DNA of 50,812 nt from a virus (taxonomy: Duplodnaviria; Caudoviricetes): the IMG/VR virus record IMGVR_UViG_3300035670_000305, positions 1-50,812 of that record; one strand, written 5' to 3'. Under the pieces are notes generated by a model. The model saw only the letters and a list, made by a program, of their open reading frames with translations, had not been told where the DNA came from and did no database searches. Below are positions 16,337-25,320 of the stretch, in pieces (positions within the stretch are counted from its first letter, which is position 1; each line of letters opens with the position of its first letter). The translations under genes were made by a program, and so were the position numbers.

Positions 16337-16683
16337 GCGCGGAACCCCTGCGGCCAGCCAATCGCGGCGCGGTAGTCAAACTCCACATCGCTCATGGAAT
16401 AGTCATCTTCGGTGATGGGATAGCCTTCTTCGTCAACACCCATGTCATCACAGGTGTCTTTGAAGGTCTGACAGATACCGTCATTTTCCGGCACGGCGTC
16501 GGCTAGTGCTTTCCAGAAGCCTAGCCAAACATCATCGCTCGGTGAGGCATAACGAAGCGTGATAACGTCAATACGTTCCAGCTTGGCATTGCGGGTGCGT
16601 TCGGCAGCGCGATACTTGACAATAGCGTCAAGCGCGGTGGCTGCTTCGGTGTATAGGCGGTCAATCTCGGTCATTGTCTGCAC
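16333..16683 (-). CDS. First gene of the leftward early operon, unknown function
   Basis: Follows pL-like promoter and AAGGAG RBS. Confidence 0.65.
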   Translation of the reverse strand: MQTMTEIDRLYTEAATALDAIVKYRAAERTRNAKLERIDVITLRYASPSDDVWLGFWKALADAVPENDGICQTFKDTCDDMGVDEEGYPITEDDYSMSDVEFDYRAAIGWPQGFRA

Positions 16684-16698
16684 TCCTTATGGAATGCA

Positions 16699-16750
16699 GG
16701 TATCACATATTGTGATTAGGCGGTCAAGCTATAAAATCACGAATTGTGAT
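16699..16750 (-). promoter_or_regulatory. pL/OL-like promoter with two ATCAC-N5-GTGAT operators
   Basis: Palindromes 16702-16716 and 16736-16750; TTGACC-17-GATACC on the minus strand. Confidence 0.8.
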
Positions 16751-16786
16751 TATTTTTTATAACCGCAGTTCTATGCGCCCGACTCG

Positions 16787-17113
16787 TTAGCCATTTGTGC
16801 CGTCCCTAACAAGCGCGTGCGCTATGTCGGAAAGCTGGCGTTTCTGCCGCGCGCTGGCGTTCACCCATATATCTATGATGTCGCTATCCAGCGTGTTTGG
16901 ATCGTGGTCTAGCAGCATTCCAGGCGTTGTTTCGAGCGCAGGGGCTAATTTCCTTAGCCACTTAGCTGACAAGCCTCGTTCGCCACTTTCCAAGTAAGCG
17001 ATCATGTGTTGCGTGGTGCCGACCCGCTTTGCGAGTTCAAGCTGTGATAGGTGGCGGAATGCCCTCCACTCTTTAAGGAAGTTCGGCCCGCCGTTTTTAT
17101 CTGTGTCTTCCAT
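16787..17113 (-). CDS. CI-like XRE repressor, no S24 peptidase domain
   Basis: LKEWR...LSQLELAKRVG...YLESGER; divergent from cro-like gene; start uncertain. Confidence 0.85.
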   Translation of the reverse strand: MEDTDKNGGPNFLKEWRAFRHLSQLELAKRVGTTQHMIAYLESGERGLSAKWLRKLAPALETTPGMLLDHDPNTLDSDIIDIWVNASARQKRQLSDIAHALVRDGTNG

Positions 17114-17148
17114 GTCGTGATATTGCCACAGGGGCAAATCCAACGCGC

Positions 17149-17202
17149 CACCCAGATTGTGATAAATTACCTCTTGCATTGGCAATCACAATCTGTGATA
17201 TA
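17149..17202 (+). promoter_or_regulatory. pR/OR-like promoter and operators
   Basis: ATCACAATCTGTGAT 17185-17199, partial site ending 17163; TTGCAT-17-GATATA. Confidence 0.75.
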
Positions 17203-17209
17203 GGGGTTC

Positions 17210-17395
17210 ATGGATGAACAACTCATAACAGATTTGGGAGGCCCAACGGCGGTGGCGCGGGAATTAGACCAGCGACCAAACACGGTGGGCAATTGGAAAC
17301 TTCGGGGCATTCCTTGGAAGTTTCGCCACAGAATAGCAGCCCTTGCCGAGCAAAAAGGGCTGACTGTTCCCGCTGCCTTTTTGGAGGCGCGATAA
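17210..17395 (+). CDS. Cro-like protein
   Basis: LGGPTAVAREL...VGNWKLRGIP. Confidence 0.85.
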   Translation: MDEQLITDLGGPTAVARELDQRPNTVGNWKLRGIPWKFRHRIAALAEQKGLTVPAAFLEAR

Positions 17396-17451
17396 TGACT
17401 TTCGCCACCGGCTCCGAAACGCATCTCTCCACTCAAGCCGGTGGAACACTT

Positions 17452-17490
17452 GTGGCGGGGAAGGGGGCATTTTTCCCCGCCACTTCTTTC
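17452..17490 (+). terminator. tR1-like hairpin
   Basis: GTGGCGGGGAA...TTCCCCGCCAC followed by TTCTTT. Confidence 0.55.
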
Positions 17491-17518
17491 ATTCATCGTC
17501 ATTTCCATGAGGCCCACA

Positions 17519-17983
17519 ATGGCTGACTTGTTCAACCCTGTCGTTCCGAAAAATTCGGTTGTGACTGAATCCGCGTTCCATAGCCTTATTGTCGCTGGCC
17601 TTGCCCGCGTGGCTGCAAAGATAGGGCGCGGCAACCTTGCAGACCGCATGGGCCGCACAACCCGCGCACTGGATAAAGTGTTTGCCGGTTCAACCCCTGA
17701 TGCAAAGGCGCTGTTCGACGCGCTGAAGGCTGACGCAACCGTCCTTGACGAATTAGCGGCGGCTTATGGCTTCCAGCTTGTCCCTATCGGTGACGCTGCC
17801 GAACCCGACCTTAGCTTGGCTGCTGGCCTTTGTGACGGCGCAAGCGAACTGATGAAAGCAAATACAGACGGCAACCGCGATCATCGGGAAACCATGAAGG
17901 TTGCCGAAATCCTGCGTCCGCACATCGGCCCTGCAATGGCCATCGTTCGTCAAGCGGACAAAATCAGAGGAGTAGCCGCATGA
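17519..17983 (+). CDS. CII-like regulator (by position)
   Basis: After cro; HTH-like LADRMGRTTRALDK. Confidence 0.5.
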   Translation: MADLFNPVVPKNSVVTESAFHSLIVAGLARVAAKIGRGNLADRMGRTTRALDKVFAGSTPDAKALFDALKADATVLDELAAAYGFQLVPIGDAAEPDLSLAAGLCDGASELMKANTDGNRDHRETMKVAEILRPHIGPAMAIVRQADKIRGVAA

Positions 17984-18336
17984 TTGATTTTCTGACCATA
18001 GCAATACCCTCAGGCGCTTTTGCCTTGGGATATATCGCAGCCAATTGGGCAAGTGCATCTGCAATTGAGGCCGCACAGCAAGAGGCTGACGATGCCTTTC
18101 AAGAATACGTCAAGGCTGACAAGCTGGCACAGCGCAACTGGGATCGTTTCACGGATGCCTGCAAGGAATGCAATGTAATCGAAGAAGAACTGGTTGACTG
18201 CCAAGCCAGCAACCAACGCCTAGCCGATGCTTTGGCAGCTAAAACGGCTCGATTAGAGCGCATCGCAGAAAAGTTTGAAGGCCAGCAAAGCGGCACTGCT
18301 CAACTGGCTGTCCGCATGGCGCGTGGAGACGCTTAA
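17980..18336 (+). CDS. Hypothetical protein, N-terminal TM and coiled coil
   Basis: ATGA-coupled, AGGAG RBS. Confidence 0.6.
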   Translation: MIDFLTIAIPSGAFALGYIAANWASASAIEAAQQEADDAFQEYVKADKLAQRNWDRFTDACKECNVIEEELVDCQASNQRLADALAAKTARLERIAEKFEGQQSGTAQLAVRMARGDA

Positions 18337-18338
18337 CC

Positions 18339-18491
18339 ATGCTGGGGGGGCTAATAGCAAACGTCAAGCTATCCTTGACACTTCGCCGCCGCCGCAAGGT
18401 TCGCATAATCGAAGGCGAACGCATCCGGCAGGGTAAACGCGCCGCACAGCTTCGCGCATGGGCAAATGACCCGCTGCGGAGGGCGGCATGA
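18339..18491 (+). CDS. 50-aa basic hypothetical protein (not in ORF track)
   Basis: GGAG RBS; fills gap; ATGA overlap with the next gene. Confidence 0.5.
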   Translation: MLGGLIANVKLSLTLRRRRKVRIIEGERIRQGKRAAQLRAWANDPLRRAA

Positions 18492-18826
18492 GCATCTACG
18501 AAAGCCCGTCAACGCCCGCCGCGCTAGGCCGCTATCTTGTTACATACATATCAGATGATAGCGCCATTATCGCGCACATAAAGCACCGCTTTGGCGTTCA
18601 ATACGACAAGGCTGATATTGCCAAGTTTCGCAAGGAAATGCCGCGCAAATACATGCAAGGCCAAGGCCAGCCAAGCAAATGGGATTGCAGACACGACCCC
18701 GACATGCGCGGCGCAAAGCCAAAAGTTATCGGCAATCTAGCCGCCGCAATCCGAAAGCACCATCCAAAGATTGTTGCTTGTTTGGAAGCGCAACACGTTG
18801 CCAAGTACGGGAAGCCCGCACGGTGA
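18488..18826 (+). CDS. Hypothetical protein
   Basis: GGAGG RBS, operon context. Confidence 0.6.
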   Translation: MSIYESPSTPAALGRYLVTYISDDSAIIAHIKHRFGVQYDKADIAKFRKEMPRKYMQGQGQPSKWDCRHDPDMRGAKPKVIGNLAAAIRKHHPKIVACLEAQHVAKYGKPAR

Positions 18827-19104
18827 CGCCTTCAGACCAGATTGGCCTGATAGCCATGCGCTACGGCGTAACCCGGCATGACGTATTGAGCCGCCGCCGC
18901 GATGCTAAAGTCGTTCGCGCCCGCCATCATTGCTACTGGCATTTTAGGGAACGTGGCAACAGTTACCCGGCAATCGCTCGCATCATGCGCCGCAAAGACC
19001 ACACCACAATCATGCACGGCTGCCAGATGCACATGGAACGCAATGGCATTTCAGGAAGCGGTAATTTGCCGAAGCTGGCTGGCTATTCGGAGGGCTTGGC
19101 ATGA
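18823..19104 (+). CDS. DnaA C-terminal-like HTH protein
   Basis: SRRR...ARH, SYPAIARI..RKDHTTIMHG. Confidence 0.8.
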   Translation: MTPSDQIGLIAMRYGVTRHDVLSRRRDAKVVRARHHCYWHFRERGNSYPAIARIMRRKDHTTIMHGCQMHMERNGISGSGNLPKLAGYSEGLA

Positions 19105-19448
19105 TTATCGAGTTGCCCTGGCCACCCGCCAAACTATCTCGCAACGGCTCCCAAGGCGATTACAGGGGCAAGGCTGAAGCCGCCTGCCAATATCGCTCTG
19201 ATTGCTATTACAGCGCCCTGAACGCGCTCAAGGGTTACACCGTAAGCGAAGACGGCCCTGTCATGCTGGATATGACATATTGTGCGCCTGACAATCGCCG
19301 CCGTGACTTGGACAATCTGCTTGCCATGACAAAGCAGGGCATTGACGCAATCGCGCAACTGCTTGGCGTGGATGATTACCGCTTTGAATACACGATCCGC
19401 CGTGGGGACACCGTCAAGGGCGGAAAGGTTGTGGTGCAAATCCTATGA
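19101..19448 (+). CDS. rusA: RusA-family Holliday junction resolvase
   Basis: LPWPP, PDNRRRDLDNL..K..DAI, GVDD. Confidence 0.85.
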   Translation: MIIELPWPPAKLSRNGSQGDYRGKAEAACQYRSDCYYSALNALKGYTVSEDGPVMLDMTYCAPDNRRRDLDNLLAMTKQGIDAIAQLLGVDDYRFEYTIRRGDTVKGGKVVVQIL

Positions 19449-19993
19449 ACCTAACCGCAGCAGCCTTGCGCCTTATGGCAGAAAAGGGGCTTACCCTTAC
19501 GGACGTTGCAGAGATTGTGGCAGCCAATGAAACTAAGGCTGACCCAACCGCTGCCGAGCGCCAGCGCCGTTGCCGCGCAAACAAGAAGGCTGATGCGTCA
19601 CACCGTGACGTCACGCGTGACCCCCCTATAGATAATAATCATACCCCCAGTAATTCCCCTTCGGAAGCTAAAGCTTCCTTAGCCCCCAAGGGCAAAGCAA
19701 CCCGCTTGCCTGCTGATTGGCAGCCTGATCCCCTTACTGGCGAAACTGAGGCGATGGTTTCCGCTTGGTCGGTGGGGATGCTGGAACGGGAGTTGTCCAA
19801 GTTCCGGGATTACTGGGCCGGGGCGTCTGGACGCAGGGCCTCAAAGCACGACTGGAACGCAGCCTTCCGCAACTGGCTGAGAAACGCAAACGAATGGGCA
19901 CCGAAAAATGGCACAGCAAATCGGACAAGCAGCGGTGACCGCCGTAGCAGCCTTGCAAGAGCAATCGACGAAGGCATCGAGTTTCTTGGCTGA
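19445..19993 (+). CDS. Replication initiator with DnaT-like C-terminal domain
   Basis: AERQRRCR, TRLPADWQP, FRDYW, DWNAAFRNW. Confidence 0.7.
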   Translation: MNLTAAALRLMAEKGLTLTDVAEIVAANETKADPTAAERQRRCRANKKADASHRDVTRDPPIDNNHTPSNSPSEAKASLAPKGKATRLPADWQPDPLTGETEAMVSAWSVGMLERELSKFRDYWAGASGRRASKHDWNAAFRNWLRNANEWAPKNGTANRTSSGDRRSSLARAIDEGIEFLG

Positions 19994-20360
19994 CGAGGTG
20001 GAGCGCAAAAAGCACTTCCTGCAAACATTCCGCCGCTGGGAAGCCTTGTTCAAGCGGGCTGACCGTGGGGACGTTCAAGCTGAGAAGTGGCTTATTGCTG
20101 ATTACTTCAAATCGCTTGGTCACCTGTCGCCTGAAGGGCTGGAAGCCTTGACCGACGAGTTAAAGGCGCGCTGCACGTTTTTTCCGTCAATCAAGGAATG
20201 CTTAGAAATCACCAACCCCAAGCGATTTGACTATTCCAGCCCGTTCTATGCGCTGCGCCACCTAGGCGGCGACAACAAGATGCTGGCAGCCCCTGAAAAG
20301 CAAAACACCCGCTTGTTAGGCCAAATACGCACCGAACGTCTGGAAGCGGATGAAGCATAG
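19986..20360 (+). CDS. Putative replication accessory protein; TTG start uncertain
   Basis: CTFFPSIKE motif; follows the initiator. Confidence 0.5.
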   Translation: MADEVERKKHFLQTFRRWEALFKRADRGDVQAEKWLIADYFKSLGHLSPEGLEALTDELKARCTFFPSIKECLEITNPKRFDYSSPFYALRHLGGDNKMLAAPEKQNTRLLGQIRTERLEADEA

Positions 20361-20504
20361 CTTCCCCCTAACTCAATTCATCATCGACTGCATGAAAGCC
20401 GACACAATGAAACTTCGCAAAATGAACATTGAGACAACGGCAGCCCATCGAAAGCTGAAGCCAGAGTTTGTTCGCTGGTATCGCGATGCGGAGTTGGCGC
20501 GGCG

Positions 20505-20753
20505 ATGATTGACGATCCCGAAAGCAACGGCAGCCATCCAGGCGCATGGGCAAGAATGCTTCGCCACAACTGGCGGGATGTTCGGTCTTACACCGACAAG
20601 GAATTGCACAGCGACTTCATCCTAGACCGCATCATGCTTGATTATGACTGCAAGACACGCGGCGAGGCGCGGGACATCATCGGCGCAGAAGTCAGGCGGC
20701 GCACTCAAACTAACGGCTACGGAAGCAACTTTAAGGGGATAGGGCATGGCTAA
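20505..20753 (+). CDS. Hypothetical protein
   Basis: ATGA-coupled. Confidence 0.5.
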   Translation: MIDDPESNGSHPGAWARMLRHNWRDVRSYTDKELHSDFILDRIMLDYDCKTRGEARDIIGAEVRRRTQTNGYGSNFKGIGHG

Positions 20754-21291
20754 GGGCGGACGCAGCAAAAAAGACAAGAAGCGCGAAAAGCAGGAAAAGG
20801 CCGCCAACGACGAGGCGCGGATTATCCCGACTAGTGAGCGCGCAGCACGGCAAGAAACGCAACGCATGGGCATGGCAACCCGTCTAGTGCCTGTTATCGA
20901 CACAATGCTAAAGCGCGATCAGATAACCCCGCAAGAGCATTTGCTTTTGTCCTACTATCGAAGCCAAGCCTTACTGGCAGACCGCAGCGAGGTAAAAAGC
21001 TGCTTGGACTTCAGCGTCAAGGGTGGTGACATGGGGCCGCCTGCTGCCATCACAAGCGCAATACTGGAAACGGCGCGCATCGAGCGGGATTTGGGCAGCC
21101 TTCGCCAGCTTGCCCGCGCAATCGCTGTTGAAGACAAGACGCTAACCCAATGGTGCATTGACCAATACGGATGCAGGGAGCGCTATGACGGTAACGGCAA
21201 GTTTATTGCGCTGGTGCCTGTTAACGAAGTGAAGGCCATGCAGATGGCAAAGATGGAATTGCGTATGGCTGCAAGGAGGATCGTGCGGTGA
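20746..21291 (+). CDS. Putative late-gene regulator (Q position)
   Basis: Last large early gene before a promoter-terminator unit; function inferred from position only. Confidence 0.45.
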   Translation: MAKGGRSKKDKKREKQEKAANDEARIIPTSERAARQETQRMGMATRLVPVIDTMLKRDQITPQEHLLLSYYRSQALLADRSEVKSCLDFSVKGGDMGPPAAITSAILETARIERDLGSLRQLARAIAVEDKTLTQWCIDQYGCRERYDGNGKFIALVPVNEVKAMQMAKMELRMAARRIVR

Positions 21292-21488
21292 GGACGGCTT
21301 ATTGGCGCGAAGATGACGAATTGGTCTTCTTAATTTCGCACAACGTCAATGGCGCAATTTTTGCGCGGTCTGGTTCTGTTTGCGGGGAAGGTATAAAGCC
21401 ATCTGTTGTTCGCGCTGCGGTGGCAAGCCTGAAGGGGCAGATACAAAACGACATGGAGCGCGTTGCGGGCTTGACTTTGCAAAAGTAA
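21288..21488 (+). CDS. Hypothetical protein
   Basis: AAGGAGG RBS, GTGA overlap. Confidence 0.5.
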   Translation: MRTAYWREDDELVFLISHNVNGAIFARSGSVCGEGIKPSVVRAAVASLKGQIQNDMERVAGLTLQK

Positions 21489-21499
21489 TCGTCTATGCG
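21471..21499 (+). promoter_or_regulatory. Putative late promoter
   Basis: TTGACT-17-TATGCG followed by a terminator, resembling pR'/tR'. Confidence 0.5.
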
Positions 21500-21540
21500 A
21501 ACTGTTAATTGTTTCGTATTGCGTCTAACGCAGACAAGAT

Positions 21541-21576
21541 AGCCCGTCAGGCTCCCCGTGCTTGGCGGGTTTTTCT
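21541..21576 (+). terminator. Intrinsic terminator in the late leader
   Basis: AGCCCGTCAGGC...GCTTGGCGGGTT plus T-run. Confidence 0.7.
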
Positions 21577-21669
21577 ATAAGTCCTTCGGGACTTCCCCCG
21601 TCCCTCCGGCGAACCGTCACTAAAGCTATGATAGCAAGAGCGTCCGGCAAGCGGACGGGGGTTAACTTC

Positions 21670-21765
21670 ATGCTGCAATTCATACTTGGTGCGCTGTTTG
21701 GCTTTATCGCCACGGCGGCTTTTATCGTGCTTGCAGCTTATTCAATTTGGAAGCGAGGTAGCTGA
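21670..21765 (+). CDS. 31-aa single-TM peptide
   Basis: MLQFILGALFGFIATAAFIVLAAYSIWKRGS; TGATG-coupled downstream. Confidence 0.45.
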   Translation: MLQFILGALFGFIATAAFIVLAAYSIWKRGS

Positions 21766-21896
21766 TGGCAGACCTTGAAGGCCAACTTGGCGAATTGCGC
21801 ATGACAATTGAGATTGTCCGCAAGGAAACTGGCAAAACCGAAACTGTGGAATTGATCGGCACGCCTGTTGCTGAAGAACAAGAGGATTCGGACTAA
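21765..21896 (+). CDS. 43-aa protein MADLEGQLGELRMTIEIVRKETG... (not in ORF track)
   Basis: GAGGT RBS; coupled on both sides. Confidence 0.65.
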   Translation: MADLEGQLGELRMTIEIVRKETGKTETVELIGTPVAEEQEDSD

Positions 21897-22285
21897 TGGC
21901 TGTTACCCATAGCACTGCGGCGCGCAACGCAGCTACCGATGCTGTTACCGCACTTTTGGGCACTAGCCCGCGTCTGGTGTTTCGCACATCGGGCACGGTT
22001 GGTGCGCCTGGCACGGCTGTTGCTACCCTGACCATGTCGTCAACCGGCTTTGCTGCGGCATCGTCTGGAACCGCAACGGCAAACTCGATCACCAGCGACA
22101 CCAACGCAACGGGCAACGCTTCGGCGGTTGCAACGGCTACAATTCAGACCAGTGGCGGCACGGTTGTTATTCACTGCGCTGTTGCGGCATCGGCATCTGA
22201 CATCAACATGACCAACGGGCTTACCGTCAACGCTGGCGACACTGTAAGCTGTTCGTCGCTGACCTATACGGCCCTTAGCGCATAA
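21896..22285 (+). CDS. Probable virion structural protein, Ala/Thr/Ser-rich
   Basis: STAARNAA N-terminus, beta-rich composition, strong codon bias. Confidence 0.6.
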   Translation: MAVTHSTAARNAATDAVTALLGTSPRLVFRTSGTVGAPGTAVATLTMSSTGFAAASSGTATANSITSDTNATGNASAVATATIQTSGGTVVIHCAVAASASDINMTNGLTVNAGDTVSCSSLTYTALSA

Positions 22286-22296
22286 GGCTTTAAGAC

Positions 22297-23739
22297 ATGC
22301 CTATCACCTTTGTTGGTAGTCATGTCGGCACGCACGCTGCCACAAGCGCACAGACAATTGCGTTTTCAAACCTTCGCAACGAAAGCAACGTTCAACCAAC
22401 GCTTCAGCAGGGCGACCTTGTGCTGGTGGCGGTTGAGAACGCAACTAACAACGTCAACAGGACGGAAGCGCAGCTAACCCCAACAGGCTACACGGCGCTG
22501 CATACCGATGATTATCGGGATGACAGCAACGACAGTAACTTTCTTGTCAGCCGCAAGTTCATGGGTTCAACCCCTGACACTTCGGTTGATATTCCGGCAT
22601 CGGCTGCCACCACAGCGGGCGTTGCCTATGCAATTTATGTGTTTCGCGGTGTCAACCAAGTTGAGCCGATGGACGCAACGCCTGTTCCAACGGGCGCAAT
22701 CAATACGGGCGTTGCCAATGCGGCGGCGATTGTTCCAGTTACGCAAGGCGCGTGGATTGTTGTTTTTGGCGGTGCGGCGGTTGCTGCGGGTGCGGTGTTT
22801 ACCAATCCGGCGGGCATGTCCACCACGACAAACCACTTTCGCAGCGCAACGATTACAACAACCACCAACGACGCAAACATTGGCGGCGCAATATTCACTG
22901 GCTGGACTAGCGGCAGCTATGATCCGGCAGCATTTGGCGGTTCAACGTCAACTAATACAGGTTCATGGTCTGCGGTAACGCTGGCGCTAAGGCCGGTAGT
23001 TGACCACACAACAACAGGCGCGCTGCCTGGCGTAAGTTCATCCATTGCGGGATCGGCAAATCGCACAAGCCCTGTTGTCAGCCATTCGACGGATGGCGCA
23101 CTAACGGGCCAAGGTTCAACGGTTGTCGGGTCAGCAACAAGATTCAGAGCATTTGCAACCAGCGGGGTTCTGACTGGCCAAGGCCCGACGCTTTCGGGTT
23201 CGGCAGCACGGTTCAGGGCTTTTGCCACATCGGGCGCACTAACGGGGCAGGGTTCAACTGTTGCGGGCAGTGCCGACAGATCGGCATCGACGGTAACGCA
23301 CGCAACAACGGGCAGCCTTACTGGGCAAGGTTCAAGCGTTGCGGGTTCTGCGGCAAGGGAACGCATACACGCTTCAACCGGCGTTCTGACAGCCCAAGGC
23401 GCACAGATAACGGGGATTAGCCTTCGTTACCGCCTATTTGACACATCGGGCGCGCTGGAAGGCCAAGGATCGACGGTTGAGGGTTCGGCCAGCCTAACGC
23501 GCTTGCCAGTGTCGCACGGCACAACTGGCGTGCTTGCTGGACAGGGTTCGTTAATTACTGGCGCTACTTCAAAAGTAGGGTATTCAATAGTTATTCCGCC
23601 TGAAGGCACATGGAGCGCACAAACCCCTGAACCTTCATCATGGGATGCACAAACACCAACAACTGAAAACTGGACAACCGAAACACCGGCAAGCGGCACA
23701 TGGACACCCATGACGCCGCCATCTGGTTCTTGGACCTAA
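22297..23739 (+). CDS. Probable virion surface protein with internal repeats
   Basis: Repeated G.LTGQGS.V.GSA.R units and C-terminal 10-aa W...TP repeats. Confidence 0.6.
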   Translation: MPITFVGSHVGTHAATSAQTIAFSNLRNESNVQPTLQQGDLVLVAVENATNNVNRTEAQLTPTGYTALHTDDYRDDSNDSNFLVSRKFMGSTPDTSVDIPASAATTAGVAYAIYVFRGVNQVEPMDATPVPTGAINTGVANAAAIVPVTQGAWIVVFGGAAVAAGAVFTNPAGMSTTTNHFRSATITTTTNDANIGGAIFTGWTSGSYDPAAFGGSTSTNTGSWSAVTLALRPVVDHTTTGALPGVSSSIAGSANRTSPVVSHSTDGALTGQGSTVVGSATRFRAFATSGVLTGQGPTLSGSAARFRAFATSGALTGQGSTVAGSADRSASTVTHATTGSLTGQGSSVAGSAARERIHASTGVLTAQGAQITGISLRYRLFDTSGALEGQGSTVEGSASLTRLPVSHGTTGVLAGQGSLITGATSKVGYSIVIPPEGTWSAQTPEPSSWDAQTPTTENWTTETPASGTWTPMTPPSGSWT

Positions 23740-23777
23740 GACCGCCCACTCGCAAGAGAGCGGAAAAGCGAGGGTTT

Positions 23778-24065
23778 ATGAGTGACGAGCCTAAAATAGG
23801 CCCGAATAGGGGTAACGCAGGCAAGGGGCGTCCTAAAGGAAGCCTCAACAAGTCCACGCAGATTGCTAAGGATGCAATAGCGCAGGCTGCCGAGGAATTG
23901 GGTGGTTCGCAGCGCCTTGTGGATTGGGCAAAGGAAGACCCAAAGAACGAACATTCGTTCTGGACTAACATTTATCCGAAGCTGCTGCCGCTTCAGGTCA
24001 ATGCAAGCCATGACGGCACTGTAATTGCCCAAGTGGTGTTTCGGGGCTTGAATGAGAACGGTTGA
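23778..24065 (+). CDS. Terminase small subunit (putative)
   Basis: GKGRPKGSLNK, FW..YPKLLP; directly before terL. Confidence 0.7.
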   Translation: MSDEPKIGPNRGNAGKGRPKGSLNKSTQIAKDAIAQAAEELGGSQRLVDWAKEDPKNEHSFWTNIYPKLLPLQVNASHDGTVIAQVVFRGLNENG

Positions 24066-25320
24066 ATTAGTCTCGCCTTACGAGGTTCGAGAACAATTCC
24101 TGCCGCTTCACAAGCGTCAAACCCGTTGGGCCATTGCTGTTGCGCATCGCCGTGCGGGTAAAACGGTTGCCGACATCAATGAACTGATAATGGGTGCAAC
24201 AAAGTGCAAACTGCCTAACCCGCGCTTTGCCTATGTCGCACCACAGTTGAATCAGGCCAAAGACATTGCTTGGACTTACCTGAAGGAATACACGGCTTTT
24301 CTCAGCCCAAAGATAAACGAAAGCGAATTGTGGGTTGAACTGCCGGGCGGTGCACGCATCCGCATTTACGGCGCAGATAATCCCGATCGGTTGCGTGGTA
24401 TCTATCTGGACGGGGTAGTGCTTGATGAGTTTGGGGATATGGACCCGACCATCTGGACACAGGTTTTGCGCCCGGCGTTGTCTGACCGCAAAGGCTGGGC
24501 AATCTTTATTGGAACGCCAAAAGGCAAGAACACCTTTTACAAGCTATGGGTTGAAGCCGAAGGGGATGAAGACTGGACGCGCATAATGTTGCGTGCGTCC
24601 GAGACTGGCTTGCTTGATGCAAAAGAATTGGCCGACGCTCGCAAGATGATGTCGGACGATGAATATGCTCAGGAATATGAATGTTCGTTCGATGCTGCCG
24701 TTCGCGGGGCATATTATGCCAAGGAGCTTAACGAGGCCGAGGCAAGCGAACCAAAGCGGATCACATCTGTTCCGCATGATCCAAGGCTATTGACGCACAC
24801 CGCATGGGATTTGGGTGTTGCGGATAGCACTGTGGTTTGGTTTATCCAGACTGTAGGCCGCGAAACACGCTTCATTGACTGTCTGAAGGGTGAAGGCGTC
24901 GGCTTGGATTGGTATGTTGCCCAGCTTCAACAACGGGGCTGGTTATACGGCAATCACTATTTGCCGCACGATGTCGAGGTTCGGGAACTAGGGACGGGCA
25001 AGAGCCGCAAGGAAGTTCTTGAGGGGCTAGGCCTCAACAATATCAGGGTTGTTCCTAATATCCCGATTGCTGACGGCATACAGGCTTTGCGCATGTTGTT
25101 GCCGACTTGCTGGTTTGATGCCGGCAAGTGCAAGGAGGGTGTGGAGGCCCTTCGCATGTATCGCCGTGAATGGGATGACAAACGGCAGGAATTTAGAACG
25201 CATCCGCTGCATGACTGGACAAGCCATTATGCGGACGCAGCAAGGTATTTCGCAGTAGGCCATCAGGAGGTAAGCGCATCGCGACCGATCATCACGGGCC
25301 TTCGCAGGGGCATCGTATGA
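24052..25320 (+). CDS. terL: Terminase large subunit
   Basis: HRRAGKT Walker A, VVLDE Walker B, GTPKG, WDLG, HYADA. Confidence 0.95.
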   Translation: MRTVELVSPYEVREQFLPLHKRQTRWAIAVAHRRAGKTVADINELIMGATKCKLPNPRFAYVAPQLNQAKDIAWTYLKEYTAFLSPKINESELWVELPGGARIRIYGADNPDRLRGIYLDGVVLDEFGDMDPTIWTQVLRPALSDRKGWAIFIGTPKGKNTFYKLWVEAEGDEDWTRIMLRASETGLLDAKELADARKMMSDDEYAQEYECSFDAAVRGAYYAKELNEAEASEPKRITSVPHDPRLLTHTAWDLGVADSTVVWFIQTVGRETRFIDCLKGEGVGLDWYVAQLQQRGWLYGNHYLPHDVEVRELGTGKSRKEVLEGLGLNNIRVVPNIPIADGIQALRMLLPTCWFDAGKCKEGVEALRMYRREWDDKRQEFRTHPLHDWTSHYADAARYFAVGHQEVSASRPIITGLRRGIV

